Origin: Thermodesulfobacteriota bacterium | Lineage (GTDB): Bacteria > Desulfobacterota > Desulfobacteria > Desulfobacterales > C00003060 | NCBI GenBank assembly: GCA_034189385.1 | Contig: JAXHVD010000012.1 | Span: forward strand, 64,001-128,000 | DNA: 64,000 nt | Reading direction: 5' to 3' | Shown here: piece by piece, positions 10,976 to 21,516 of the stretch | How positions within the stretch are numbered: the first letter of the stretch is position 1 | Layout: each line of letters starts with the position of its first letter | The notes under the pieces: model-generated | What the model was told of the DNA's origin: nothing | Databases searched by the model: none | What the model saw: the letters and a program-made list of their open reading frames with translations, nothing else | Translations under genes and position numbers: made by a program

Positions 10976-12379
10976 TCAGAGGCTCTGAACGGCCCGCTGG
11001 AATGCCTCGCCCCGTTCAGCATAATTGGCAAACATATCAAAGCTGGAGCCTCCCGGTGACAGGAGGACGACATCTCCTGCAGATCCCGTCTTCTCAGCCA
11101 AATGCACGGCCTCATCAAGACTTGTTGCCCCTTGGGAATCCGTAAGACCCGCAAGCACCGCCAAGATAGACTTCTTTGACTCGCCAAAGGCAATAAGCTT
11201 CTTCACGCGGGTTTTCACCCTCTCCCCTAACCCGGCGTAGCTTCCGCCCTTGTCCCGCCCTCCCATGATCAGAATCACTGGGGCGTCAAAGCTCTCAAGG
11301 GCCCGAACGACGGCATCCACATTTGTGGCCTTTGAATCGTCGTAGTAAGCCACACCGTTGATGGTCTTCACGTATTGAAGGCGATGCTCAAGCCCCTTGA
11401 ACCTGTCCAGTGCCTTCTGGATCCCCGATACAGAGGCGCCACTGGACAAGGCTGCCAAGCTTGCTGCCGCAGCGTTTTCAACGTTGTGCACGCCCGCCAG
11501 CCTGAATTTCGCAAGGCTCAACACGACGGCAGGATGGCCCGGAAGAGAACACATGATCTCATCGCCCCTTATTTGGGCTCCGTGGGGGCTTTCACCGGCA
11601 CCGTGCCCTCGGCCTCCGCGAGGCGGCCCTGTACTGGACGTGCGCGCAGGGATGTTGAAATAGAGCTTCCTCGCCGGCACTTTCTTTTCCAGCTCGCCTG
11701 TCCATGGGTCAGCCTGGTTCAGGATGGCAACATCGGTGGTTTCTTGGTTTTCAAAGATCCTGCCTTTTGATCGCACGTAGCCCTGGAAATCACTGTAACG
11801 GTCCAGGTGATCTTCCGTGATGTTCAAAAGAACAGCCACCTTGGGGCGGAAGCTTTCCATGGTATCGAGTTGAAAACTGCTGACCTCCGCCACGATGGTG
11901 TTCGTGCGCAACCCTTTATCCACATAGTCGATAAGGGGTTGTCCGATATTGCCCCCAACAAAAACATCCAGCCCAGACGCGCGTAGCATCTCCCCTACAA
12001 GACTCGTGGTGGTGGTTTTGCCATTCGTGCCGGTTATGGCAACAATCGGCTCATGTATGTGTCTGGCGGCCAGTTCCAACTCGCCCACAACAGGCACCCC
12101 TTTGGCCCGTGCCGTCTTCAAAGGTTCTATGGTATGCGGCACCCCCGGGCTCACCACGATAAGATCACAAGCAGAAAAAGTCTCTGCCTTGTGTGGCCCG
12201 AGATCAAGGCCGGCACCCATGGCAAGGGCCTTTTCTGCGTAATGACCAAGATCTTCTTGGCTCATGATGTCAGCGGCCACAACGCGTGCCCCCTGCTTTC
12301 TTAGGAATCGCACAACGGAAAGCCCCGTGTTGGCCAGACCAAGGACCACAACCTTCTTGTTTTCGAAGTTCAACGTCAT
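10976..12379 (-). CDS. murD: UDP-MurNAc-L-Ala--D-glutamate ligase
   Basis: VVSPGV, ITGTNGKTTT, EVSSFQL, DHLDRY, DSKATN, LLSPG..SFDMF. Confidence 0.98.
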   Translation of the reverse strand: MTLNFENKKVVVLGLANTGLSVVRFLRKQGARVVAADIMSQEDLGHYAEKALAMGAGLDLGPHKAETFSACDLIVVSPGVPHTIEPLKTARAKGVPVVGELELAARHIHEPIVAITGTNGKTTTTSLVGEMLRASGLDVFVGGNIGQPLIDYVDKGLRTNTIVAEVSSFQLDTMESFRPKVAVLLNITEDHLDRYSDFQGYVRSKGRIFENQETTDVAILNQADPWTGELEKKVPARKLYFNIPARTSSTGPPRGGRGHGAGESPHGAQIRGDEIMCSLPGHPAVVLSLAKFRLAGVHNVENAAAASLAALSSGASVSGIQKALDRFKGLEHRLQYVKTINGVAYYDDSKATNVDAVVRALESFDAPVILIMGGRDKGGSYAGLGERVKTRVKKLIAFGESKKSILAVLAGLTDSQGATSLDEAVHLAEKTGSAGDVVLLSPGGSSFDMFANYAERGEAFQRAVQSL

Positions 12380-12440
12380 CCTTTGTCGCTGATGAAGCGC
12401 TCTTCAGTTTTCTAATCAAGACACAGTGTTCCAGCGTCTG

Positions 12441-13520
12441 CTACCGCAGCTTCAGCGTGCTGATGGACAACAGGCCCAAGATGATGGCAATGATCCAGAA
12501 TCTGACAATCACCTTCGGCTCTGGCCATCCCTTTAACTCGAAGTGATGATGAATGGGAGCCATCCTGAAGATGCGGCGGCCTGCTGTCACCTTAAAGAAT
12601 CCTACTTGAAAGATAACGGAAAGCGCCTCTATCACAAATATGCCTCCCACCAGGGCCAAGAGTATCTCGTGCTTGGTCATAACGGCCACAGCCCCCAGGG
12701 CGCCGCCCAGGGGAAGAGAGCCCACATCTCCCATGAACACCTGTGCAGGATAAGAGTTGAACCAGAGAAACCCCATACCTGCCCCCACCAAGGCGCCACA
12801 AAAAACAGCTAACTCACCACTACCTGCCACGTAGCGGATTTGCAGGTAGTCGGCAATCTTGATGTGTCCAGCTACATAAGATAAGACCACGTACGTGGCC
12901 GCCGCCACGGTGACAGGACCTATGGCAAGGCCGTCAAGGCCATCGGTCAGATTCACCGCGTTGGAGGTGCCGACAATCACGAAGCACGCAAAAAGGATAT
13001 AGCCCCATCCCAAATCTGGATTAATCTGCTTGAGAAATGGAAATCCCACATGGGTGTCAAAGTCTTCGCGTGCATAAAGCAAGCCTCCGACAACCAATCC
13101 TATAGCCACCTGCATCAAGAATTTACTCCTTGCCCGTAGTCCAGTACTTTGCTTTCTTCGCTGCTTAAGGTAGTCATCTATGAATCCGATAACGCCATAG
13201 CCGATTGTAACGAACAGCACGGTCCATAAGAAGTAACTCCCTAAGTTGCCCCAGAGAACCGTAGCAGAAAAAACGGCGAAGAGAATCAACATCCCTCCCA
13301 TGGTGGGTGTGCCCGTTTTTGTAGTGTGGGTAGGAGGGCCATCAGCCTTTACATACTGGCATATCTGATACTCGGTGAGTTTTTTTATAACCCATGGTCC
13401 AAGGGCCAAGCATATCAACAAGGCCGTAAGGCTGGCATAGATAGTCCGGAACGTAATGTAGCGAAATACATTAAAGGCCGATATGGTCGTATGAAGCGGA
13501 TATAGTAGATGGTATAGCAT
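12441..13520 (-). CDS. mraY: phospho-MurNAc-pentapeptide transferase
   Basis: [36 protein letters not shown]. Confidence 0.99.
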   Translation of the reverse strand: MLYHLLYPLHTTISAFNVFRYITFRTIYASLTALLICLALGPWVIKKLTEYQICQYVKADGPPTHTTKTGTPTMGGMLILFAVFSATVLWGNLGSYFLWTVLFVTIGYGVIGFIDDYLKQRRKQSTGLRARSKFLMQVAIGLVVGGLLYAREDFDTHVGFPFLKQINPDLGWGYILFACFVIVGTSNAVNLTDGLDGLAIGPVTVAAATYVVLSYVAGHIKIADYLQIRYVAGSGELAVFCGALVGAGMGFLWFNSYPAQVFMGDVGSLPLGGALGAVAVMTKHEILLALVGGIFVIEALSVIFQVGFFKVTAGRRIFRMAPIHHHFELKGWPEPKVIVRFWIIAIILGLLSISTLKLR

Positions 13521-13604
13521 CCCTCACCTGTTATCCTGAATTCATGGTTGACAGTCTTTCAAAAACGTACAAACGACGCCCAGGTGGCAGCCATCTGCCG
13601 ACAA

Positions 13605-15026
13605 CTATGACTCCCGCTTCGCAATCTCCGAACGCAGGTCCTCAACTACCTTCTCCATGGCCATGAGGCGCGACCCTTTCACTAAGACCCAATCGCCAGG
13701 TCCCAAGTTTCCCATGAGGGTCTCCACGATCTCCTCACGGCTGCCGACAAAGGTAGCTTCAGCCTCCATCCCCGCCCCTATGGCCCCTTCTGCCAACACC
13801 CCAGCGAACTGGCCCGTGGCATAAAGACGAGCGATTCCGGCTCGGGCGACCAGGACGCCAAGCTCTCTGTGGGCCCTTTCGGCATGGTCGCCCAGTTCCA
13901 TCATGTCCCCCAAGACAGCGATGCTCCTGCCATTTCCTCTCAGCGAGCAAAGGGTGTCAATGGATAGTGCCATGGAGGCAGGGTTCGCGTTGTAGGTGTC
14001 ATTGATGACAGAGAGGCCTCCCGGAAGCATGAGAACCTCCATACGTCCAGGCATTGGGGCTGTCCCTTCCAACCCCTTTTTGACCTCCTCCATTGACAGA
14101 CCAAGGCGACACCCAACGGCCGCTGCAGCCAAGGCGTTATAGATGGCACCCCTTCCTGGGATCTCGAGAGATACGCGAACAGACTCATCGTACCAACCAA
14201 GGTCAAAGGAACAGTTCGATCGACTTTGAGATATAGGTACGGCCCATACCTCAGCGGAGCTGTGTATCCCGAAGCTGACGACACGTCCTTTAAATTCCTC
14301 CGCCAGCCGACAAACCCTCTGGTCATCAATGTTTAACACTGCCGTGCCATCTTCACCCAAGGCGTGGAGGAGTTCGCCTTTTGCCTCCATGACGCCATCA
14401 ATGTCCTTGACACCCTGAAGATGGCCAGCACCAATGTTCGTGACCACACCTATCTGCGGCTCGCATATTTCTGCCAGGCGGGCGATCTCTCCTGGACGAT
14501 TCATGGCGAGCTCCAAGACGGCCCAGTCATGATCCTCATGCAGGCCAAACAAGGTAAGGGGTAACCCAATTAGGTTGTTGAAATTTCCAGGTGTCTTTAG
14601 CACGGAAAAAGCCTCACCCAAAACGGACGCTGTCATTTCCTTGGTGGTCGTCTTGCCATTTGTGCCCGTTATGGCCACGACCGAGACTTCGCTTTGCCTG
14701 CGGCGAAAGGCAGCCAGATCGCCCAGGGCCTTAACGGTATCGGATACGGCAATCCAACACTTGTCTTTGTCCAGACCTGAAGAGGCCTCGGCCGTGTATG
14801 CTTCACTGACCATGGCGCCGATGGCCCCCTTCTCATGAGCCATTTTCACGAACTCGTGGCCGTCGCACCTCTCTCCGGAAATGGCTATAAAGAGCTCCCC
14901 TTGGTGAATGGAACGGGTGTCCGTGGAAATCCCAGCTACGGGCGTCTGGTGGTCTCCAGAGACCAATTGCCCTCCTGTTGCTGCGAGGACGTCTGAAATA
15001 GTCCAGAGGTGCTCTTCATCCATCAC
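13605..15026 (-). CDS. murF: UDP-MurNAc-tripeptide--D-Ala-D-Ala ligase
   Basis: TDTR, ITGTNGKTTTKEM, NFNNLIGLP, DTYNANPAS, LGDMMELG, VKGSR. Confidence 0.98.
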   Translation of the reverse strand: MMDEEHLWTISDVLAATGGQLVSGDHQTPVAGISTDTRSIHQGELFIAISGERCDGHEFVKMAHEKGAIGAMVSEAYTAEASSGLDKDKCWIAVSDTVKALGDLAAFRRRQSEVSVVAITGTNGKTTTKEMTASVLGEAFSVLKTPGNFNNLIGLPLTLFGLHEDHDWAVLELAMNRPGEIARLAEICEPQIGVVTNIGAGHLQGVKDIDGVMEAKGELLHALGEDGTAVLNIDDQRVCRLAEEFKGRVVSFGIHSSAEVWAVPISQSRSNCSFDLGWYDESVRVSLEIPGRGAIYNALAAAAVGCRLGLSMEEVKKGLEGTAPMPGRMEVLMLPGGLSVINDTYNANPASMALSIDTLCSLRGNGRSIAVLGDMMELGDHAERAHRELGVLVARAGIARLYATGQFAGVLAEGAIGAGMEAEATFVGSREEIVETLMGNLGPGDWVLVKGSRLMAMEKVVEDLRSEIAKRES

Positions 15027-16558
15027 GTGTCAGTGGCCAAAGACAGTTTTGACAGAATCTTCCTTGCCTCTACCCGGTCATCAAAAGGCAGAGTCCCCTC
15101 CTCCGTAATCTGGTAAGTCTCGTGCCCTTTGCCGGCAATGAGGACTGTATCTCCCCGACGGGCAGCACCCAGGCCCAAGGCGATAGCACGCCTTCTGTCC
15201 TGCTCCACAACATAGCCAGGCCCATTGAACCCCTTTGCCAATGCCATGGGGTCATACCTGCGGCTCTTCACAGTAACCATGCCGGCTAGGATGTCTTGCA
15301 GGATGGCCCCAGGGGACTCGGTACGCGGATTATCACTAGTTAGTACACAAAGGTCACAGAGCCGACCGGCGCTCACGCCCATCATGGGACGCTTGTCTCG
15401 ATCCCGGTCCCCGCCGCAACCGAATATGGCGATGAGACGGCCAGTGGTGAGTTCTTTTAGAGCCGTGAGCACGTTCTCCAGGGCATCTGGCGTATGGGCA
15501 TAGTCAACAAAAACGTGAATGCCGGCCCCGTTGGTCACGGGCTCAAGCCGGCCCGGAATCCCCTGAAGACTTTCGATGCCCCTCTTTATCGTGGCAAGAG
15601 GCAACCCCATGGCCAGGGCCACACCTGTAGCAGCCAAGACATTGTAGACATTGTGAAGGCCAATCAAAGGAGAAGCGAAATCAAAGTCCCCTTTAGGTGT
15701 CTTCACTGTGGCGGAGCCGCCCTCTAAGGTTATATGCCTATGCTCAGCACGAATCTGGGATCCCTCTGAAAGCCCCACCCTCAGGCATTTCACACCGACC
15801 TCTGAGGCAAGCTTCCTGCCCTTGTCGTCGTCCCAGTTGACAACTGCAGCGGCCTGCACCTGCTTTGATTCCGACCCCAAATACTCGAAAAAGAGCTTTC
15901 TCTTGCACTGCCAATAGACTTCCATAGCCCCGTGATAGTCCAAGTGGTCCCTTGACAGGTTGGTGAAAACCCCCACATCGAAATCACAGAAGGCTACCCG
16001 ATCTAAATCCAGGGCATGGGAAGAGACCTCGAGCACGGCGTGGGTCACGCCTCTGTTGACCATCTGACGCAGTATCTGCATCAAGTCAAGAGACTCAGGC
16101 GTGGTCACCGGATTCGAAAAAGTCTCACCTCCGAAGCGATAGTTGATGGTGCCAACGACTCCTACCTCAAAGCCAGCAGCATTTAGGATGGATTCCACCA
16201 GGTAGGCAGTGGTGGTCTTTCCGTTGGTGCCTGTGATGCCAATGACAAAGAGTTCACGGTAGGGCTCTCCGTAAAAGGCCGTGGACAAGGCAGCCAAGGC
16301 CCGCCGGGCATTTCCCACTTCTACTACACACACCGATGATGGGCCGACCCATGGTCTCTCCGTCACAATAGCTGCCGCCCCCCTCTGAACGGCATCATCA
16401 ATGAAAGCGTACCCATCAGCCTGAAATCCTGGCACTGCCACGAAGAGTCCACCAGGGGTCACACGGCGGGAATCATAGTAGATGCCTTCAATGACCTGAT
16501 CTTCCAACCTTGCCACACCTTTCACGATCAGAGCGTCAAGAAGCGAACGCAACATCAC
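15023..16558 (-). CDS. murE: UDP-MurNAc-L-Ala-D-Glu--meso-DAP ligase
   Basis: DSRRV, GTNGKTT, TTPES, EVSSHAL, DYAHTPDAL, DNPR (mDAP-type), AGKGHE. Confidence 0.98.
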   Translation of the reverse strand: MMLRSLLDALIVKGVARLEDQVIEGIYYDSRRVTPGGLFVAVPGFQADGYAFIDDAVQRGAAAIVTERPWVGPSSVCVVEVGNARRALAALSTAFYGEPYRELFVIGITGTNGKTTTAYLVESILNAAGFEVGVVGTINYRFGGETFSNPVTTPESLDLMQILRQMVNRGVTHAVLEVSSHALDLDRVAFCDFDVGVFTNLSRDHLDYHGAMEVYWQCKRKLFFEYLGSESKQVQAAAVVNWDDDKGRKLASEVGVKCLRVGLSEGSQIRAEHRHITLEGGSATVKTPKGDFDFASPLIGLHNVYNVLAATGVALAMGLPLATIKRGIESLQGIPGRLEPVTNGAGIHVFVDYAHTPDALENVLTALKELTTGRLIAIFGCGGDRDRDKRPMMGVSAGRLCDLCVLTSDNPRTESPGAILQDILAGMVTVKSRRYDPMALAKGFNGPGYVVEQDRRRAIALGLGAARRGDTVLIAGKGHETYQITEEGTLPFDDRVEARKILSKLSLATDT

Positions 16559-18324
16559 CCCATGGGCACGTCCTCTCTTGACGCCGTAAAGGATCCTTTC
16601 TCCTCGGGCGTTATCAGCTCAGGAGGGATTCTCAAATATTGCAGCGTTTCTCGGGCAATCTCTCTGAATACCGGTGCCGCCACCACTCCGCCATAGTAGT
16701 GGCCCTTGGGTTCGTCTACAACCACCAGAATAACGATCTTGGGGTCTCCGACAGGGACGAATCCGACAAAGGCACTCAGGTGCTTGTCCGTCGCATATCC
16801 CTGTCCATTGGGATCAGTTTTCTGCGCTGTTCCTGTCTTTCCAGCTATCCGGTAACCTTTCAGGGCCGCCTGAACGCCGGTCCCTCCCTTGGCCACAACC
16901 CTCTCTAGCATAGCAGTCACTGCCCGTGCCGTTTCAGATGAAATAACCCGCCTGATGATCGTTGGCTCAATCCTTCTCACGAGCCGTCCTTGCCGGTCCG
17001 TCATCTCGTCAATCAGATAGGGTTTCATCAGGAATCCCTCATTGGCGATGGCAGCCACTGCCGTCGTAAGCTGCAAGGCTGAAACAGAGACACCTTGGCC
17101 GAAACAGGTGGCCAACGCGTCCATTGCTGATGAACTTCCAACAGGCTTCAGGATCCCGGATCTTTCGTATGGCCAATCAACACCGGTTCTGTCCCCAAAC
17201 CCAAAGGCTTTGAGTCTCTTGTGAAGCTCTTTGGGCCCGATCCTTTCTCCTACCTTGGCGGCTCCAATATTGCTGGAGTATTTTAGGATGTTACTAAGTG
17301 AAAGGATTCCGTAAGGATGGAGGTCGTGGATGACATGGCTTCCGACCTTGTATGCCCCATTCTCGCAGTGGAACTCGGCATCAGGCGTACAGAGCCCAGA
17401 CTCTATGGCTGCAGCTGCGAGGAATATCTTGAAAGTGGAGCCAGGCTCGAAGAAATCGGTGATTGCACGATTCCTCCAGTACCATGGTTCGTGGAGTCCA
17501 AAGGTGTTGGGGTTAAACTGAGGCACATGAGCCATAGCTAGGATAGCCCCCGTGCTGGGAACCATAACCACGGCCGTGCCTGACCTAGCTGAAAATTTCT
17601 TAATGCTATGAGACAGGGCTTGCTCAGCTATGTACTGGATGTCTTTGTCAATGGTTAAAATGAGGTTACATCCATCCCTATTCTCGATCGGTCTTGGACC
17701 CTCCGTGAACCAGTGGCCAAAGGCATCGCTGATGGCTGTCCAGCTGGTTTCCCGACCCCTTAATAAGTCGTCATAGTAGTATTCAAGCCCCTCCAAACCC
17801 TTGCCGTCAATGCCACAGAACCCGATAACCTGCGCGGCTAGGGCCTTTTGCGGATAAACCCGGCGTGACTCAGTACGAAAATCTACACCATCTAATGCCA
17901 TGTTTCTGACCGCCGACGCCTCTCTTGGACTTACATGACGCTTCACCCAGACAAAGCGTCTGCCCGAAGTAAGTCTCTGCAAGATAAGTCCTTGCTCCAT
18001 GTCCAAAACCTGAGACAGTGCTAAAGCAGTTCGTTTTGCAGAATAAGTCAGCTTGGGATAGGCACAGATAGAGGAGGCGTCAATACTGACGGCCAACTCT
18101 CTGAAGTTTCGGTCATAAATGGTTCCCCTTCTAGACGTCTTGCGAAGGGCTTTCTTGTACTGGCCTTCGGCGCGCTCACAGAGTTCAGGTCCGCTCAGAA
18201 TCTGTAACTGAACACCACGGCCTATGATGACACCAAAGCAAAGGGCCAAAATCGTGCCAACGACAACGATTCGAAAACGAATCCATTTGATGGCCCTCAT
18301 CTTTTTCCAACCGGCTGCTGTCAT
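16555..18324 (-). CDS. ftsI: PBP3 transpeptidase FtsI
   Basis: RGTIYDRN, EPGSTFK (SxxK), SSNIG (SxN), KTGT. Confidence 0.96.
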   Translation of the reverse strand: MTAAGWKKMRAIKWIRFRIVVVGTILALCFGVIIGRGVQLQILSGPELCERAEGQYKKALRKTSRRGTIYDRNFRELAVSIDASSICAYPKLTYSAKRTALALSQVLDMEQGLILQRLTSGRRFVWVKRHVSPREASAVRNMALDGVDFRTESRRVYPQKALAAQVIGFCGIDGKGLEGLEYYYDDLLRGRETSWTAISDAFGHWFTEGPRPIENRDGCNLILTIDKDIQYIAEQALSHSIKKFSARSGTAVVMVPSTGAILAMAHVPQFNPNTFGLHEPWYWRNRAITDFFEPGSTFKIFLAAAAIESGLCTPDAEFHCENGAYKVGSHVIHDLHPYGILSLSNILKYSSNIGAAKVGERIGPKELHKRLKAFGFGDRTGVDWPYERSGILKPVGSSSAMDALATCFGQGVSVSALQLTTAVAAIANEGFLMKPYLIDEMTDRQGRLVRRIEPTIIRRVISSETARAVTAMLERVVAKGGTGVQAALKGYRIAGKTGTAQKTDPNGQGYATDKHLSAFVGFVPVGDPKIVILVVVDEPKGHYYGGVVAAPVFREIARETLQYLRIPPELITPEEKGSFTASREDVPMG

Positions 18325-18611
18325 TTAAGCACAAAAATCTTGCTCGGGTCAGGTGCCTCCAAACCTCTTTCCTCAGCTATTGGCTTGATTCGCTCCCGGG
18401 ATCTCAACCAAGCCTCTTCTATTTTCAACTTACGGTGTAGTTCGGTCAGACGCTGTCTCGTTTGTCTGGCCTCTTCAATTTCGAATCCTGTCTGCACATA
18501 CTGGACCCTACACCAACTGTAGACCAGTAGTTGCGCCATGAAAATTACAATAAGTGCCACCCATATGCCCATTGATCCGCTGCGCCCCATGGTAGACTCT
18601 GGACTTTTCAT
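18321..18611 (-). CDS. ftsL: cell division protein FtsL
   Basis: Small TM + coiled coil with S.ERI..IA..GL; between rsmH and ftsI. Confidence 0.85.
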   Translation of the reverse strand: MKSPESTMGRSGSMGIWVALIVIFMAQLLVYSWCRVQYVQTGFEIEEARQTRQRLTELHRKLKIEEAWLRSRERIKPIAEERGLEAPDPSKIFVLK

Positions 18612-18621
18612 TGGTTCCCCC

Positions 18622-19557
18622 CTAAATCCGTTCTACTGCCCGTAGCTTGGCACTTCGAGACATAGGATTCGCCAGGACCTCCGCCGAGTCTGGTTGCACG
18701 GGCCGTTTGGTCAAAATGCGCACTTGGGGTCTTTTGCCACAAACACAACGGGGAAAATCCCTTGGACACTCACATCCCCGGGCAAAGGCCCTGAAATGTC
18801 TCTTGACCATTCTGTCCTCAAGTGAATGAAATGATATAATGCAAAGCCGCCCCCCCATGTTTAACAGCCCCAATGCCCCCTCCAGAAAGATCCTCAAGGA
18901 TCTCAGTTCCTGATTCACCTCAATCCTTAGGGCCTGAAACGTGCGGGTTGCGGGATGAATTCGCCGGGAACGATATCGGGCTGGGATGGCCTTTTTCACA
19001 ACTTCGGCCAGATGCAAGCTCGATCGAATAGCCCCCTGGAGGCGCTCCCTCACAATGCTTCTGGCAATGCGGCCAGCCCAACGCTCTTCTCCATACCGGG
19101 CTATAAGCGTTGCAAGCTCTTTTTCTGACAGCCTGTTTACGAGCACTTCAGCCGGTTTACCTTTCTCTGGGTTCATTCGCATGTCCAAAGTTTCCTCACG
19201 CATGAAACTGAAACCGCGCATGCTCCTTTCCAATTGATACAGGGAAAGGCCTAGATCTAGCAGAATCCCGTCCACACCGGTTGTGTGCATTCGAGAAAGG
19301 ATTTCTGGGAGCTCTGTGAAATTCGCGTGAAAGATTCTAACGTTGGATTTGTACTGTTGGAGAGCTTCCCGGGCAAAGGCAACGGCCACGGGATCTTGGT
19401 CGACACCGATGAGATATCCATCTGGACCAATGGCTCGCAAAATGGCTTGGGCATGGCCTCCCCCCCCTAATGTACCATCCACGTATGTCTTGCCAGGCGA
19501 GCAGTCAAGATAGTCAATGACTTCCTTGACCATGACCGAAATATGGCGATATCGCAT
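18622..19557 (-). CDS. rsmH: 16S rRNA m4C1402 methyltransferase
   Basis: DGTLGGGGH, DLGLS, LDMRM, HPATRTFQALRIEVN, SFHSLEDR, SRSAKLR. Confidence 0.99.
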   Translation of the reverse strand: MRYRHISVMVKEVIDYLDCSPGKTYVDGTLGGGGHAQAILRAIGPDGYLIGVDQDPVAVAFAREALQQYKSNVRIFHANFTELPEILSRMHTTGVDGILLDLGLSLYQLERSMRGFSFMREETLDMRMNPEKGKPAEVLVNRLSEKELATLIARYGEERWAGRIARSIVRERLQGAIRSSLHLAEVVKKAIPARYRSRRIHPATRTFQALRIEVNQELRSLRIFLEGALGLLNMGGRLCIISFHSLEDRMVKRHFRAFARGCECPRDFPRCVCGKRPQVRILTKRPVQPDSAEVLANPMSRSAKLRAVERI

Positions 19558-19570
19558 GGCCCTGTTACCC

Positions 19571-20017
19571 TCAGAGCCCCAAAGCAGCGACCTCGTTTCT
19601 CATATCTTCTTTCTTCATATCGTTCTGGAGCTGAATATCCTGATCGAGGTATCCTTCTCTTGCCCATATCTCAAAGTGATCCAACACGCCAACTAGGACC
19701 ACCTCTTTGTTCAAGCCAGCGTACTGCCGCAGCGACGGTGGGATCAGAATACGTCCCTGCTTATCCAGCGCACATTCAAAGGCACCCCCGATGAAAATCC
19801 TCCGAAATCGCCGCATGTTCTCGCTCTTCACAGCCATGTTGAGGATGCGCTGCTCAACCTTGCTCCACTCTTCAAGGGTGTAGCACATCAGTGCTCCGTC
19901 CATTTTTGACACCATGAGCCCGTCTACGTCGCTCTCCTTCAAAGCGTCGCGAAAGCGGGCCGGTATGATCAATCGGCCTTTGGCATCCAGATTGTGGAAA
20001 GAACTGCCTCGAAACAT
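19571..20017 (-). CDS. mraZ: dcw transcriptional repressor MraZ
   Basis: MFRG...LDAKGRLIIP and LDKQGRILIP duplicated motifs; likely start ATG 20017. Confidence 0.98.
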   Translation of the reverse strand: MFRGSSFHNLDAKGRLIIPARFRDALKESDVDGLMVSKMDGALMCYTLEEWSKVEQRILNMAVKSENMRRFRRIFIGGAFECALDKQGRILIPPSLRQYAGLNKEVVLVGVLDHFEIWAREGYLDQDIQLQNDMKKEDMRNEVAALGL

Positions 20018-20020
20018 GTT

Positions 20021-20066
20021 CCCACTCAACTCTACTTACCTCCACTTTGAACCACTTTTCACCCCA
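20021..20066 (-). promoter_or_regulatory. MraZ-binding repeat array (dcw boxes)
   Basis: Minus strand TTGGGGT-GAAAA-GTGGT-TCAAA-GTGGA-GGTAA-GTAGA-GTTGA-GTGGG: GTGG-like units at 10-bp period directly upstream of mraZ; TTGACA and TATATT hexamers upstream (15-bp spacer, atypical). Confidence 0.8.
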
Positions 20067-20288
20067 ATATAGGCAAAAACTTAGAATGTCAAGTGAAAAA
20101 TATTTTCAGTGCATTCTTTTCTTAAATAATTCGAAAGTGTTAAAACTAAGCTTGCGATATGATGATAGGTGGTTCTTTGTGGTGCAAAGCTGACAAACAG
20201 GATGTAGTACGAGGGAGCCTAAGACATACTATATGAGACACAACGCCTGCCCAGAGAACCAGTACCTGGCAAACCAGAGACTCTTGAA

Positions 20289-21299
20289 CTAGTGCCGACT
20301 TGACCGGCGACGTTGATACCGGTCCACCATTATATTGTGCTCGGCCAGCGTGGAAGAAAAGTGATGGGAGCCGTCGTTCTTTGACACGAAATAGAGGTAG
20401 GGTTGCTTCGATGAATAAAGAACAGCCTCCATGGAGGCCTGCCCGGGATTTGAAATGGGCCCGGCAGGCAGGCCCGCAATGCGATAAGTATTGTACGGGG
20501 TGAAGGTTTCGAGGTCCTTGCGGGTCAAGTTCCCGTCAAAACCCTTGATGCCATAGATAACCGTCGGATCACTCTCCAGGCCCATACCGAGCCTGAGCCT
20601 ATTTAGAAACACGGCTGCAATGAGGGGCCGCTCTTCAGATTTGGCGGTCTCTTTCTCCACGATTGACGCAAGCGTAATGACCTCCTGGGTACTGAGCCCC
20701 ATTTCTCGAGCGCGCTCAGCCCATGCCGGCGTGAAGATCGAGCGGAAATGGGAAACCATTGTTCGTATGATCTTCTCGGCGGAAACCCCCTTGGCAAAGC
20801 GATAAGTCTCTGGAAAAAGATAGCCCTCAAAGGTGTCACCTTCCACCCCAAGGGCTTTTGTGAAACTGGGGTCTGACGCTTTCTCCAAAAAGGTCTCCTG
20901 TGATACAAGCCCTGCGGTTTCAAGGATCTGGCCAATCCTGAAGATCGTAGACCCTTCTGGGACAACCACTTTGTGCAAAAGCGCTTTGCCACGGACCAAG
21001 GTTTCCAATATAGCCGTAGGAGCCATAGGACTCCGGAGAAGGTATTCCCCTGCCCGGATTCGCCTCTCGTCCCCTTTAAGATAGGCAAGCCATCGAAATC
21101 TTTTCGGGTGTCGGACTATTCCGACTCTCTGCAATTGGACAACTGTCTCGGCAAAGCTCTCTCCCGGCCTTATCCAAACGGCAACCGTTGCCCCAGATGA
21201 CTGCTGGGGTGTCGTAGCGTATCGATAGAAAGAAAGACCCATCCACAGAGCTACAACACAAAAGACGGCCGCCACCACGAGGATGATGCTAGCTTTCAC
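20289..21299 (-). CDS. mltG: endolytic transglycosylase MltG (YceG)
   Basis: N-terminal TM; EGYLFPETY, LASIVEKE, LESDPTVIY, YNTY...GLP.GPISNPG, YLYFVS. Confidence 0.96.
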   Translation of the reverse strand: MKASIILVVAAVFCVVALWMGLSFYRYATTPQQSSGATVAVWIRPGESFAETVVQLQRVGIVRHPKRFRWLAYLKGDERRIRAGEYLLRSPMAPTAILETLVRGKALLHKVVVPEGSTIFRIGQILETAGLVSQETFLEKASDPSFTKALGVEGDTFEGYLFPETYRFAKGVSAEKIIRTMVSHFRSIFTPAWAERAREMGLSTQEVITLASIVEKETAKSEERPLIAAVFLNRLRLGMGLESDPTVIYGIKGFDGNLTRKDLETFTPYNTYRIAGLPAGPISNPGQASMEAVLYSSKQPYLYFVSKNDGSHHFSSTLAEHNIMVDRYQRRRSSRH

Positions 21300-21516
21300 A
21301 ACCCACTGCCCCTATATCAGACCCGTTGAAGCTGCAAGAAGTCTTACCTGAACCGGCCCTAGCATTTTTGGAAACCTCAGATATCATACAAAGACAGCTT
21401 GCCTCCCCTTTTCAAATGACGCTCTTTCCACCCACATCTAGAGACCGCACAATATTACGTAGGTGAAGTTCGGTCAAGGGTTCAGGGGCCTGGCTGCCAA
21501 GAGGAAAGCCCTTTTT

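Noticed and set aside
3229..19794. Numerous 60-216 aa plus-strand ORFs opposite the dcw genes
   Set aside because: Antisense shadows of well-supported genes; no motifs
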